64,000 nucleotides of DNA from a virus. A model generated the notes under the pieces. The model was not told the DNA's origin. It worked only from the letters and a program-made list of their open reading frames with translations, and did no database searches. Where the stretch lies: positions 34,340-98,339 of the IMG/VR virus record IMGVR_UViG_3300027566_000006; one strand, 5' to 3'. How positions within the stretch are numbered: position 1 is the first letter of the stretch; every line of letters begins with the position of its first letter. This document shows, in pieces, positions 39,324 to 50,388 of the stretch. A program made the translations under genes and the position numbers.

Positions 39324-40538
39324 GTGAAAGTAAATAGAGTTGAGCAACATCAAATTCATAAAACACATCCATTATATAAAACCATCGATGAATTTTCGTT
39401 TAAATCAAAAAATCTATATAATTATGCAAACTATATTATAAGACAAGAATTTATTAATAATGGAAAATATATAAAATATTATGATATAGATAAAGCATTA
39501 CATCACTCAGAACCTTATAAAGAATTAATGTCTCAGGCAGCACAATGTACTTTACAAGTGTTAGATAGGAATTGGAAATCGTTTTTTGTAGCAATTAAAG
39601 ATTGGTCAAAACATCCTGAGAAGTATTTGGGCAGACCAAAACTTCCTAAGTATAAAAAGAAGGATGGTAGGTTTCCTTGGTATTTAAAGAATAATCAAAC
39701 ATGGATCAGAGATGGTTATTTAGGTTTTGGACTTCGAGTGATGAATGGTTATAAGTTTAAAACTAATATTAAAGGGAGGTTAATTTCAGTAAGATTCGTT
39801 CCGAAAGGATTGATTTATATGATGGAAATTGTTTATGAAACTGAAGTGCCAGAAATAAAACCAGAATCTAAGAATGTTGTAGGTATTGATTTAGGAGTAA
39901 ACAACTTTGTAACTATGGTAAATAATATTGGATTACAACCGATTATTATTAATGGCAAAGGAGTTAAATCTATTAATCAATATTACAATAAACAAAAAGC
40001 TAGAATTCAATCTGAATTAAAGATTAGGAATGATAAAGATTGGAGTAATAAATTAGATAATTTAACTCGTAAAAGAGCAAATAAAATAAAGAATTATATT
40101 CATCATGTAAGTCATTATATTATTGATTACTGTAAAGAAAACCAAATAGATACAATAGTGATTGGTTTAAATAAAACATGGAAACAAGAATGCAAAATGA
40201 ATAATAAAGCAACTCAAAATTTTATATACATACCATACAATATGTTGATTAACCAATTACAATATAAATGTCAAGATAATAATGTTAATTTTATTGTAAC
40301 CGAAGAAGCATATACAAGTGGGACATCATTTTTAGATAATGAGTTACCTATAAAAAATAATTATGATAAATCTAGGCGGGTTAAGAGAGGTTTATTTAAA
40401 TCTAATAATGGTAGATATATAAATAGTGATGTAAATGGTGCTTTTCAAATAATGAGAAAGGTATTCCCTGATATATTATTAGAAGGGATAGAGGGTAGTC
40501 TGACCCCTATAATTATAAATGCAACGAAAGTTGTATGA
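39324..40538 (+). mobile_element. tnpB: solo TnpB RNA-guided nuclease (IS200/IS605/IS607 family), no TnpA
   Basis: KNLYNYANY, RPKLPKYK, GIDLG, EEAYTS, NSDVNGA. Confidence 0.88.
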
Positions 40539-40814
40539 TTTATTATAAATTAAATATTAGTAAAAATAATATTTGAACAGAATCACGATTTGGTTCAAAG
40601 TTTATAAATATAAATTAGTTAGATATTAAATATAAAGTTTTGTGGATTATATACCACTTGATGATGAAAAATCAGGTGGTATTTGTGTGTACAAAACTAT
40701 TTGTATGCTTGGGGTTAGATTTAATTCGGAGTCATGACCGAATTTCTGTGCGTCTATCCCCTATTTTATTTTTAGCACAGAAATTATAAAAGCACAGAAA
40801 GAAGGAATGGAAAA

Positions 40815-42023
40815 TTGTTAATAACAAAAGAAGTAGAAGTTGAATTAAGAGGCGCAAATTATAAGTATTATTCAGATTTAGGTTATGATATCCCAAAAGT
40901 CAAAAATAAATATGGTAATTATACAACACCTGATAGAACAAAAATCATTGTAAAAGTTAATGATTTACAAAAAGGAAGTAATGTAAAAGTCCAAGTTTTA
41001 TGTGATATTTGTAATATTAATATTTCTGATAAAGTTTATGGTGATTATATACGAAGTAAAGAAAAATCTTTAGTAGATAAAGATTGTTGTGATGATCCAA
41101 ATTGTGTCAATATTAAAAGAGAAGAATGTATGTTACTAAAGTATGGTAAAAAAAGTTCTATGCAAATTGATGAATTTAAACAAAAAGTTATTGAGACAAA
41201 TTTAGATAGATATGGTGTTAATAATCCTCAACAAAATGAATCTATTAAAGAAAAAACTAAACAGACAAGAATTGATAAATATGGCGTTGAACATATGTTG
41301 CAATTAGAAAAGTGCCGTGAGAAATCTAGAAATACAACTCAAGAAAGGTACGGAGTTGATAATTATACTCAAACACAAGAATATAAAGAAAAAACTAAAT
41401 TAACGTGTATTGATAAATATGGTTTTGAAAATCCTTTACAATCACCCGAAATAAGAGAAAAAATTAAACAAACTAATTTAGATAGGTATGGGTTTGAATG
41501 GGCACAACAGAATCCAGACATTAAATTAAAAGGATTAACAACATTATATAAAAATAATAATCAAAAAGCTTCCAATCAACAGAAATACATATTTAATTTA
41601 TTATCGGATAAACAACTATTAAGTGAATGTGAAATAAATTATCTTGTTAGTAGAATGTTTTTAGATATAGCATTCCCAGAAGAAAAGATTTATTTGGAGT
41701 ATGATGGTGGCTTTCATAATGGAAAAGTTTTATGTAATCAAATGACACAAGAAGATTTCGATTTAAAAGAATTTAAAAGAAGTTGTTTTTTAAGAGATTT
41801 GGGTTGGAAAGAAATAAGAATTATTTCAATATCAGATTTGATTCCTAGTGATGATAAAATTATTGAAATGATGAATTATGCAATTAATTATATTAATTCG
41901 GGACATAGATGGATGATTTTTGATATAGATAATAAAATTGTGAAATGTTCTCAGTTTGAAGAAAAATATGATTATGGAATATTAAGAAAAATTAAAGAAA
42001 AGGATTTAAAGGAAGTTAGTTAA
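40815..42023 (+). CDS. repeat-containing Vsr/DUF559-like homing endonuclease
   Basis: about six (D/E)(K/R)YG repeats; LDIAF...IYLEYDGGFH; GWKEIRI. Confidence 0.7.
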   Translation: MLITKEVEVELRGANYKYYSDLGYDIPKVKNKYGNYTTPDRTKIIVKVNDLQKGSNVKVQVLCDICNINISDKVYGDYIRSKEKSLVDKDCCDDPNCVNIKREECMLLKYGKKSSMQIDEFKQKVIETNLDRYGVNNPQQNESIKEKTKQTRIDKYGVEHMLQLEKCREKSRNTTQERYGVDNYTQTQEYKEKTKLTCIDKYGFENPLQSPEIREKIKQTNLDRYGFEWAQQNPDIKLKGLTTLYKNNNQKASNQQKYIFNLLSDKQLLSECEINYLVSRMFLDIAFPEEKIYLEYDGGFHNGKVLCNQMTQEDFDLKEFKRSCFLRDLGWKEIRIISISDLIPSDDKIIEMMNYAINYINSGHRWMIFDIDNKIVKCSQFEEKYDYGILRKIKEKDLKEVS

Positions 42024-42063
42024 TTTAACTTCTTTATTTTTGGATAGAAGGAGTTGAGAACAG

Positions 42064-43050
42064 ATGCCAAAATTAACAAAAACTCAAAGACAACCTAAAA
42101 TGGTGTCTGGGGATGGTTATTGCCGTATGTGTCAAAAGACACTTCCTTTAGATAAATTCTATGAAGCAACAAATCCATTTTTAGATGAAAATGGACACAT
42201 GAGTATTTGTAAAGTTCATTGTAATCAAATATATAATCATTACTTTTCTATATACAGCAATATGGAAAAAGCATTGCAATTAACATGTCAAGATTTAGAT
42301 GTTAGATTTAGTGTAAAAGCATTAGAGCAAGTTCAATCTCATATAGAAAAATTATTATCTAATGGTAAAACTGCTGAAGCTGTCTTCGGATATTATAAAA
42401 GTAAATTAAGTTCTCTCAGCAGGGGTAATGAGGGTATTGATAATTTTAGATTTAGAGATAGTGATATTTTAAATAATAATCCTCTACTAATAATTAATGA
42501 AAATAATTATGAATTAGATGAAAGTGATTTTGAAGTAACTCAGGATTTTATTAAATTTTGGGGTAGTAATTTTGATAAACATGAATATGAGTATTTATCT
42601 GAAAAATTAGAAGAATATTTAAATACTTATGAATGTGAAACTCCAGCAATGGAAGAATTATTAAAACAAGCTGCATTTGAAAGTTTAGAAATAAAAAATA
42701 AAAGGCAAAAAAGAGAAGATGCTTCTAAAAATCTTAAAAATATTCAAGATATATTAGGTTCTGCAAATATTAAACCAAATCAAGAATCTGGTGCGAATGC
42801 TACAGAACAAGCTACTTTAGGTTTATTAATAAAAAAATGGGAAACAGAAGAGCCAATACCTGAACCAGATGAAGAATGGAAGGATGTAGACGGAATTGGT
42901 AAGTTAATTAGAGTTTTCTTTTTAGGTCATCTTTGTAAGATTCTTGGAATTAATAATGAATATTCCAAAGAATATGAAGAAGAAATGGAAAGATTAAGAG
43001 TTAATTTACCTGATGCTGAAATAAATGAAGATTTAGAAGAAGGAATATAA
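42064..43050 (+). CDS. terminase small subunit-like (YonG-like)
   Basis: N-terminal Zn finger; directly upstream of TerL. Confidence 0.55.
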   Translation: MPKLTKTQRQPKMVSGDGYCRMCQKTLPLDKFYEATNPFLDENGHMSICKVHCNQIYNHYFSIYSNMEKALQLTCQDLDVRFSVKALEQVQSHIEKLLSNGKTAEAVFGYYKSKLSSLSRGNEGIDNFRFRDSDILNNNPLLIINENNYELDESDFEVTQDFIKFWGSNFDKHEYEYLSEKLEEYLNTYECETPAMEELLKQAAFESLEIKNKRQKREDASKNLKNIQDILGSANIKPNQESGANATEQATLGLLIKKWETEEPIPEPDEEWKDVDGIGKLIRVFFLGHLCKILGINNEYSKEYEEEMERLRVNLPDAEINEDLEEGI

Positions 43051-43052
43051 AT

Positions 43053-44867
43053 ATGGGATTTTTTCAAGTTAATAGAAATAAATATTCTTCTAAATCATTG
43101 GGGTTTAAGGGCAGAAATTATAATAAATCTGGAGAGAAGTATACTAAATCAGAAAGATTAATGAATGGGGTTGCTAAATGGACTTCGTTTTATAGAGAAA
43201 ATCCGCAAAAGTTTTGTAAAGATTATTTAAATATTTCTTTGCGCCCTTTTCAGGCAATTTTAATTTATATGATGTTTCATTATGTTTACATAATGTATAT
43301 TGCTGCAAGGTCACAAGGTAAAACTTGGTTGACTGCGGTTTTTTGTATTTGTCGTTGCATACTGATGCCGGGGACAAAAATTGTGGTCGCAAGTGGTTCA
43401 AAAGCTCAAGCAATGAAGATTGTAACAGAAAAAATCCCTGAAATAATGGCTAATTCTCCTAATTTAAAAAGAGAAATTGAGAAAATATCAACATCAATGA
43501 ATTCGGATGATCCTAATGTAGTGTTTAGAAATAGTAGTTGGATCAAGGTTGTTGCATCCAATGAAAAAGCGAGAAGTGCCAGAGCGCAAATTTGCATATA
43601 TGACGAATTTCGGCTTATTGATATTAATATATTAACTAGAGTTCTGCGTAGATTTTTAGGGACTCCAAGACAACCAGGATATTTAAGAAAACCACAATAT
43701 AAACATTTGCAAGAACGTAATCAAGAAATTTATTTGTCTTCAGCTTGGTTTAAATCACATTGGTCTTGGAATAGATTTCAATCATTTTTTAAGATGTTTA
43801 CAAAAGGTAAAAAATATTTTCTTTGTGGACTCCCCTATCAATTATCTATCCAAGAAGGATTACTTATGAAGGAACAGGTAATTGATGAAATGCAAGAAGA
43901 GGATTTTGATTCTTTATCTTGGGGGATTGAAATGGAATGTATGTTTTTTGGAGAGTCAGAAAATGCGTATTTCAAATATGATGATTTAACAAAAAGTAGA
44001 AATTTAACAAAACCATATTTACCTATGACAGATGAAGAATATGTTCATTATAAAGGTGAAAAGAAAAAACATAAGTTTTATAAACCTAAAAGAGATGATG
44101 AAATTAGATTTTTAGGTGTTGACTGTGCTTTAATGGGGGGTCGTGCTAACGATGCAAGTGTTTTTACTTTTATTAGATGTATTCCTAATGGAGATGAATA
44201 TATAAAAACTATTGAATATATTGAAGCTATTGAAGGTCAACATACAACAATTCAGGGATTAAGGTTAAAACAGATTTTTTATGATTTAGAATGCGATTAT
44301 TGTGTAATGGATACGGCTGGAAATGCCATTGGAATTTATGATGAAGTTACAAAGGTAACATTTGATAACGTTAGAGGTGTTGAATATCCTGCTTGGTGTG
44401 CATTAAATGATGATAAGATGCAAGAAAGAGCATATGATAAAAATGCAGTCCCATTAATATTCTCTATTAAAGTAGCTGGAGCAAATGCTTTGCAAATTGG
44501 TCATGAAATGAATACATATACAAAAAATCAATTTGAAAAGAAAAAAATAAAATTATTATGTTCTGAAATAGAAGGTAAGGATTATTTAATAGATAATAAG
44601 GATTCTTTAAAATTAGATAATAATGAAACTGCTAGAATTATAGCTACTTATTTTCAAACAACTAGATTAATACATGAAATGATTAATTTGGAACGTGAAA
44701 TTAAAGGAGGATTTATTAAATTAACAGAACCAGCAGGGCAGAGAAAGGATAGATATAGTTCTTTATCATACTGTCTTTACTATATTAAATTAAAAGAAGC
44801 GGAATTAAGAGTTGGGAAAGACGAAAGTGATGATTTGGATTTTCTTGCTCAACTTTGTTCGTTTTAA
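43053..44867 (+). CDS. terL: terminase large subunit
   Basis: AARSQGKT, YDE Walker B, YLSSA, GVD.A nuclease, KDRYSS. Confidence 0.9.
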   Translation: MGFFQVNRNKYSSKSLGFKGRNYNKSGEKYTKSERLMNGVAKWTSFYRENPQKFCKDYLNISLRPFQAILIYMMFHYVYIMYIAARSQGKTWLTAVFCICRCILMPGTKIVVASGSKAQAMKIVTEKIPEIMANSPNLKREIEKISTSMNSDDPNVVFRNSSWIKVVASNEKARSARAQICIYDEFRLIDINILTRVLRRFLGTPRQPGYLRKPQYKHLQERNQEIYLSSAWFKSHWSWNRFQSFFKMFTKGKKYFLCGLPYQLSIQEGLLMKEQVIDEMQEEDFDSLSWGIEMECMFFGESENAYFKYDDLTKSRNLTKPYLPMTDEEYVHYKGEKKKHKFYKPKRDDEIRFLGVDCALMGGRANDASVFTFIRCIPNGDEYIKTIEYIEAIEGQHTTIQGLRLKQIFYDLECDYCVMDTAGNAIGIYDEVTKVTFDNVRGVEYPAWCALNDDKMQERAYDKNAVPLIFSIKVAGANALQIGHEMNTYTKNQFEKKKIKLLCSEIEGKDYLIDNKDSLKLDNNETARIIATYFQTTRLIHEMINLEREIKGGFIKLTEPAGQRKDRYSSLSYCLYYIKLKEAELRVGKDESDDLDFLAQLCSF

Positions 44868-44907
44868 ATCATTAATATAAAAATCATCAAAGAAAGGAGG
44901 TTATCTA

Positions 44908-46530
44908 TTGCCTCGTGAAAAACCTGAAAAAAACAAAACAAAAAAAATGAAGTTAAACTTAAACGAGCAACTTACAAATGATCAGTTATATGATGTCCTT
45001 GAGTTTGCTCGTAACGTATATCAAGGTAATATAATACCTAATGTTTTTACTCCTGAATTAGTTAATGCCAGAATGAAAGACCTAAATCTAAACCCTCTTG
45101 TTGCAACTGAAACTAATATTGAAACTGCATTAAAAGATCCAAAAAACAATGAAGTACAATTAATTGGATATAGTGAATTCTTTTCTTTAACATCAATGAT
45201 ATACAAAAGATTATCTGGTTATATGGCACAAATGCCATCTTTTGATTATACATATACTTGTATAAACGCAATGAAGGAAGATTATAAGTCTAAAAAATAT
45301 AAAAAGGATTTAAAAATATTAAATGATTTTTTAGATAAATTTGATGTTAAAAGAGAATGTAAGAAAATAATGAATCAATTATTAGAAAAAGAAACTTATT
45401 ATGGAGTTTTAAGAGATGATTCAGAATCTAAATATATTTTTCAAGAACTCCCCTATTCTTATTGTAAATTAACAGGCAGAAGTGAATACTCTCTACTTTT
45501 TGATTTTAATATGCAATATTTCTTTAATCAAACTGGTGTTGATATTAATATGTTTCCTGATGCTTTTAAAGATTATTACAATAGAATAATGGATTTTAAA
45601 AATAATGGATATAACCCCGCAAATTCAATTGATAAAAGAACTGGAGAATGGATTTATTGGGTGCAAACTAGTCCAGAGGATAATATGTTTGCTTTTAAAT
45701 TTAATACTGAAAATGTTACATCAATTCCTTATCTGTCCCCATTATTTTCAGACATTGTATTAGCTCCAATGATGCGTAATTTACAAAAGAATGTAAACAT
45801 ATTAAAAGCACAAAAAATATTAGTAGGGCTAATTCCATTATTGAAAGATTCTAAAGGTGGTAGTGTAAAAGATGCAGTAGCTATTGAACCAGGAACGTTA
45901 GGTAAATTTCTTGGTCTTTTAAAAGCAGGACTTCATGAATCGGTAAAAGTTGGCGGTGTTCCTTTTAGTGATGTTAAAGAAATTGATTTTGATACTACTA
46001 ATACAAATATTTTAGATGATTATTCTAAAACAACCGCTTCAATGTCAGGTATTAATAGCAGAATGGTTTTCGCTAATGATAAAATGTCAAATTCAGAAAC
46101 TCAGGCTTCTATAAATGTGGATGAATTCTTAACTTTACACGTATACCATCAATTTAATCAATTTATGGATTATCAAATTAATAAAAGAACAAAATATTTT
46201 AAATTCAAGTTCAAATTTGAGGGGTCAGAGTTTCAAGCTAATAGACAATTTAGATTAGATAATGCATTAAAATTAGCAGAAAAGGGTATTACTCTTCCTC
46301 AAAAGATTTCAGCCGCAATTGGCATGGAACCAGCAGACTTCTATCGGCATCTTGAAGAATGTCAAGCAATGGGATTTGCAGATATGCTTACTCCTTTAAT
46401 AAGTGTATATCAACAAAGTGGGAAAGATGATAAAGGTGGTAGGGATAGAAAACCAGATGGTGAACTTAGTGAAGAAGGACAGGCAACTAGAGATGCAGGT
46501 AGTAATCTAGATAGAGGTGGGACGATATGA
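44908..46530 (+). CDS. portal protein (YonE-like)
   Basis: size and position after TerL. Confidence 0.7.
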   Translation: MPREKPEKNKTKKMKLNLNEQLTNDQLYDVLEFARNVYQGNIIPNVFTPELVNARMKDLNLNPLVATETNIETALKDPKNNEVQLIGYSEFFSLTSMIYKRLSGYMAQMPSFDYTYTCINAMKEDYKSKKYKKDLKILNDFLDKFDVKRECKKIMNQLLEKETYYGVLRDDSESKYIFQELPYSYCKLTGRSEYSLLFDFNMQYFFNQTGVDINMFPDAFKDYYNRIMDFKNNGYNPANSIDKRTGEWIYWVQTSPEDNMFAFKFNTENVTSIPYLSPLFSDIVLAPMMRNLQKNVNILKAQKILVGLIPLLKDSKGGSVKDAVAIEPGTLGKFLGLLKAGLHESVKVGGVPFSDVKEIDFDTTNTNILDDYSKTTASMSGINSRMVFANDKMSNSETQASINVDEFLTLHVYHQFNQFMDYQINKRTKYFKFKFKFEGSEFQANRQFRLDNALKLAEKGITLPQKISAAIGMEPADFYRHLEECQAMGFADMLTPLISVYQQSGKDDKGGRDRKPDGELSEEGQATRDAGSNLDRGGTI

Positions 46531-47018
46531 TTGAACGTGAAAAGCGTTGGAAATTAAAAGGTGATGTTCCCACTGACGCAATTAAAGACAAATTTATAAT
46601 TACTCAAACTTATGCAGATTCTAAAAATCCTCAAATTCGTGTGCGTAAAATTACTCGTGATAATTTTGAAGAATTTTATCATACGGTCAAATACCAACTT
46701 GATAATAAAAATGAAAGAGAAGAAATTGAACAAAGAATATCTAAGGAAAGATATGATCGTATATTTGAGGTAATTAATAAGAAACCAGTAGTTAAAGAAC
46801 GTACGATTGTTGATATTAGCAATGGATTAGTTGCTGAAGTAGATAAATTTGAGGATAGTAATGTTGTAATTGAAGTTGAATTCCCTACTGTTGAAATAAT
46901 GAATGAATTTGAGAATAATAAACCAGATTGGTTTGGTGATGAAATTAAATCTAATAAATCATTTAGTTATTTAATGTTTGCTAAGATTAATAATATAAAT
47001 ATTTCCATTTGGGATTAA
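46527..47018 (+). CDS. CYTH (triphosphate tunnel metalloenzyme) protein
   Basis: EREKRW, ITQTY, RVRK, REEIE, KER, EVD.F, IEVEF, PDWFG.EI. Confidence 0.8.
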   Translation: MIEREKRWKLKGDVPTDAIKDKFIITQTYADSKNPQIRVRKITRDNFEEFYHTVKYQLDNKNEREEIEQRISKERYDRIFEVINKKPVVKERTIVDISNGLVAEVDKFEDSNVVIEVEFPTVEIMNEFENNKPDWFGDEIKSNKSFSYLMFAKINNINISIWD

Positions 47019-47034
47019 TTATAAAGGTGATGTT

Positions 47035-47232
47035 ATGAATATTAATCAAAAATATATAAAATGTTTTAACCAAAAAAAATCTGCTGAATTAATTAAAGCA
47101 GGTTTTTCTTTTTTGTTTGAGAAGTCAGGGGTTTATTATCATTCAAACAATGAACAGATAATAAAGAATTTTAGTGATAATGATTTCCAAGTTTTGAATA
47201 ACACTAAATATTCTTCTTATATTCCCCTTTAA
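47035..47232 (+). CDS. small hypothetical protein
   Basis: AAGGTG RBS. Confidence 0.55.
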   Translation: MNINQKYIKCFNQKKSAELIKAGFSFLFEKSGVYYHSNNEQIIKNFSDNDFQVLNNTKYSSYIPL

Positions 47233-47250
47233 AGGAGGTGAAATTAATAT

Positions 47251-48840
47251 TTGAAAGATATAATAAACTTTAATTCAAAATTTTCTGAACTAGAAGTAAT
47301 TAATCCTCTCATTACAAAATACAGAATTAATATATGTCAAGCTGATATTCCTGCAAATAAATATGTTTTTTCAAAAGAAGTAATTGAAAATATGGCTACT
47401 ACTATTTGTGGGGCTGGAGTTTATTCTTATTATTTTGCAAAATACGATCAATTGGGTGGACATACTGATGATATCATAAAAATTCCACATGGTTATGCAC
47501 GTACCCCTGAAACGGTGGCATATGGTTTTTCTGACCCTTATAAAATGCCTTATTGGATGGAAATTGATGGGGAAAATTGGTATTGCGCTGATGTATATAT
47601 ATGGACTGCACTTAATCCTGAAATAGAAGATATTTTAAATAATAGTGTAGTATGGCAAAGTATGCAAGTCGCAGTAGATGAAGAACAAGAAGGGCAATAT
47701 AAGATAGTAAAAGATGCAGTATTTTTAGGATTTTGTTTATTGCAAGGGATAGACCCTGCCTATACAGGATCAACCATTACAAAGTTTTCTTTAGATGATT
47801 TTGGTTCAAAAATTGACACATTGAATTTACAACTTAATCAACTTAAACAAGAATATGAACAATTTTCAATTCAAAACCAGAATCAAAACCAATTAGATTT
47901 ACAAGTAGAAAATGATTTAGAATCTGTACAATTATCAAATAATGAAGATAATTCAGATACTAAGGAAATTAATACTTTAAATATAAACAATAATAATAAC
48001 CAAGAAAAGGAGGAAGGTGAAGAAGTGATTAAAGCGGCAATAGAAAAATTTAGTTTAACTGCAAGGCAAATAGATGAAATATTATCAAATGCTCTATCCG
48101 AATATAAATATGGAGAATATAATTATAGAAAATATTGGGTTAGAACATATGATGATGAATTAGTTTATGTTTGTGATTATGAAGATGATAGGACTTATTC
48201 TTTTAAATATACTATTGTGGATAATGTTGCAACAATAGATATGGAAAGTAAAGATGAAGTCATTGATGGTGGATTTATATCTGTTAATAAAAAAGAAATT
48301 ATTATTGAAGAAATATCTAAAGAACAAGTTACTGCGTCTTCAAATGATAATGTTGATAATATCGCAATGCAGGAATTAAATGACAAATCAGCAGAAGATA
48401 ATAAAGAACTTGCAGATGAAAATTTAGAGAATCCTGAAGAAGTTAATGCATCTGATGATAAAGACACAGTAATTATGAGTCTTAAACAGGAAATGTCTGA
48501 ATTACAAGAAAAATTTTCTAAAATGGAATCTGACATGAATGTTTGCATGGCAGAAAACACTCAACTTAAAGAATTTAAAGCAAGTATAGACAAACAAAAT
48601 AAAGATTTCTCAATAGAATCAACATTAAAAGAAGTAGTAAATATTCTTCCAAGTGAAGAAATTGATGTTTGTAGATTATCTGCTGAAAAATTTTCATTAG
48701 ATAATATTGATATTTGGAAGAATGAAGTTAAAGCTAAAGCATTTAATTTTTCCAAAAGTATTCCTGAAAAGAAACCTTTTATCCAAGTTGCATTCCCTAC
48801 TTCTGATAAACCTAAAAGTGGTACAGGACTTTGGGATTAA
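47251..48840 (+). CDS. prohead protease/scaffold (YonD-like)
   Basis: protease-like N-term (GGH, QSM, FLGFCLL...PA) plus acidic coiled coil. Confidence 0.65.
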   Translation: MKDIINFNSKFSELEVINPLITKYRINICQADIPANKYVFSKEVIENMATTICGAGVYSYYFAKYDQLGGHTDDIIKIPHGYARTPETVAYGFSDPYKMPYWMEIDGENWYCADVYIWTALNPEIEDILNNSVVWQSMQVAVDEEQEGQYKIVKDAVFLGFCLLQGIDPAYTGSTITKFSLDDFGSKIDTLNLQLNQLKQEYEQFSIQNQNQNQLDLQVENDLESVQLSNNEDNSDTKEINTLNINNNNNQEKEEGEEVIKAAIEKFSLTARQIDEILSNALSEYKYGEYNYRKYWVRTYDDELVYVCDYEDDRTYSFKYTIVDNVATIDMESKDEVIDGGFISVNKKEIIIEEISKEQVTASSNDNVDNIAMQELNDKSAEDNKELADENLENPEEVNASDDKDTVIMSLKQEMSELQEKFSKMESDMNVCMAENTQLKEFKASIDKQNKDFSIESTLKEVVNILPSEEIDVCRLSAEKFSLDNIDIWKNEVKAKAFNFSKSIPEKKPFIQVAFPTSDKPKSGTGLWD

Positions 48841-48869
48841 ATAAATAATATAAAAAGGAGGTTAATAAT

Positions 48870-49565
48870 TTGAGTACTATTACTGATGCACAAGAAACAA
48901 AAATGAATAAAATGAATAGAATCGCTCAAGATGTAAGTCTTGGTACTATTGTTCAGGGTTTACAAGTAATGAATCCAAGTGTTACATCAGGAACTATTTT
49001 AAGTAAAGTATATTTTGATCCTACCGCATCTGCTACTACTGCTAGTATAAATTACCATAAACTTTTTGCTATTGGTGACGTTACTGGCACTACCGCTTAT
49101 GGATTTGGTGATCCTGCGAAACCTACAACTGGTTTAATGGGATGTTTTGGTCGTACTGCTATTGCTACTGGAACTATTACTGATACTGGATTAGATATTA
49201 GGGTAATTAATAAATTAGTTAATACTGGTGCAAATACTATTCAAGGTGCTTATATAAAAGCCAAAAATTATGCCGATGCTACAACTGGTGGTAATTTAAT
49301 AGGTGCATTTATTGAAACTGTAAATGATGGAACTGTAACGGGTACAGTAATTGGATTAAAACTTGGGAAAGACAGTGGAACAATGACAGCAGATATTCAA
49401 TTTACAAATGGACAGTATTTAGTTACTCTTGCTACTGAAATAACAGCAAATACTACTACTACGTCTGCTCCTGCTGGTTCTATTGGTATTACTTCTCATG
49501 CGACAGGGGTAGGGAAATTATTTGTATCCGATGGTTCTAAGTGGCAGTATGCTGCGGTAGCATAA
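48870..49565 (+). CDS. virion fibre/decoration-like protein
   Basis: T/G/A-rich; C-terminal LFVSDGSKW. Confidence 0.45.
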   Translation: MSTITDAQETKMNKMNRIAQDVSLGTIVQGLQVMNPSVTSGTILSKVYFDPTASATTASINYHKLFAIGDVTGTTAYGFGDPAKPTTGLMGCFGRTAIATGTITDTGLDIRVINKLVNTGANTIQGAYIKAKNYADATTGGNLIGAFIETVNDGTVTGTVIGLKLGKDSGTMTADIQFTNGQYLVTLATEITANTTTTSAPAGSIGITSHATGVGKLFVSDGSKWQYAAVA

Positions 49566-49594
49566 TTATTTTTGGATAAAAGGAAGGTAGTAAT

Positions 49595-49762
49595 TTGAAT
49601 ATTGAATTGTTAGAAGAAAGAAAACAGCAATTAAATAATCAATTAGAACAGCAACAAAATATAATTGATCAAGCACTTGCTAATATGAACGCTATTCATG
49701 GGGCAATTCAAGAAATTGAGTATTGGATAGAACAAATTGAAAAAGTTGATATTAAAAACTAA
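49595..49762 (+). CDS. small coiled-coil protein (fibre chaperone-like)
   Basis: TTG start with RBS; heptad-rich 55 aa. Confidence 0.5.
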   Translation: MNIELLEERKQQLNNQLEQQQNIIDQALANMNAIHGAIQEIEYWIEQIEKVDIKN

Positions 49763-49787
49763 TTATAATTAAGGAGGAATATATAAT

Positions 49788-50333
49788 ATGTCATACGCCG
49801 TATTGGTACAGGATGCTGTACAAGCAATGAATATTGATGCTTTAAACCGTAGTGCTGTTTGCGCTGCCAATGTTGATAATGGTAATATTTTTTATTTAGC
49901 TACTAAATCTACTACTGCTGGTGAGGGTGAAGTTTGGACTGCCACACAGCCTGCAACTGGGAGTGGTTTATTGTGTTCGTTTAAATTGGTTGGTACTACT
50001 TATATTTCTATCGCTGATGGTAGTATTGGTACTCAAAGAGTTACTGCTTACCAACTTGAATGTGTAAGTAATTCTACTGGTGTTTGGATGGCTTATAGTC
50101 CTGAGATTGTAACTGTAACATCTGGTAGTTCGCAGTATAGAGGTCTTAATAGCGATCCTAGAAACTTTACTAATCTTGCTACTGAAATATTTGATGCTTT
50201 TAAACCACAAGTTGGCGATATTATTACAATAACTGCCGATGGCGTTGGGGATACTGCTATTGGGACGAATACTTTTGCTGTTGCTAAAGATGGTCAGTAT
50301 AAGTTAGATTGGGCTGCTACAGCTAATAGTTAA
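49788..50333 (+). CDS. head decoration protein (YonC position)
   Basis: immediately upstream of the MCP; VDNG motif. Confidence 0.55.
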   Translation: MSYAVLVQDAVQAMNIDALNRSAVCAANVDNGNIFYLATKSTTAGEGEVWTATQPATGSGLLCSFKLVGTTYISIADGSIGTQRVTAYQLECVSNSTGVWMAYSPEIVTVTSGSSQYRGLNSDPRNFTNLATEIFDAFKPQVGDIITITADGVGDTAIGTNTFAVAKDGQYKLDWAATANS

Positions 50334-50388
50334 TCTTATCATTTTATTAATATAATATTTTATTAAATTTAAGGAGGAATAATTTAAA

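Noticed and set aside
39324-40538. Cas12f/type V CRISPR effector
   Set aside because: No adjacent array or cas1/cas2.
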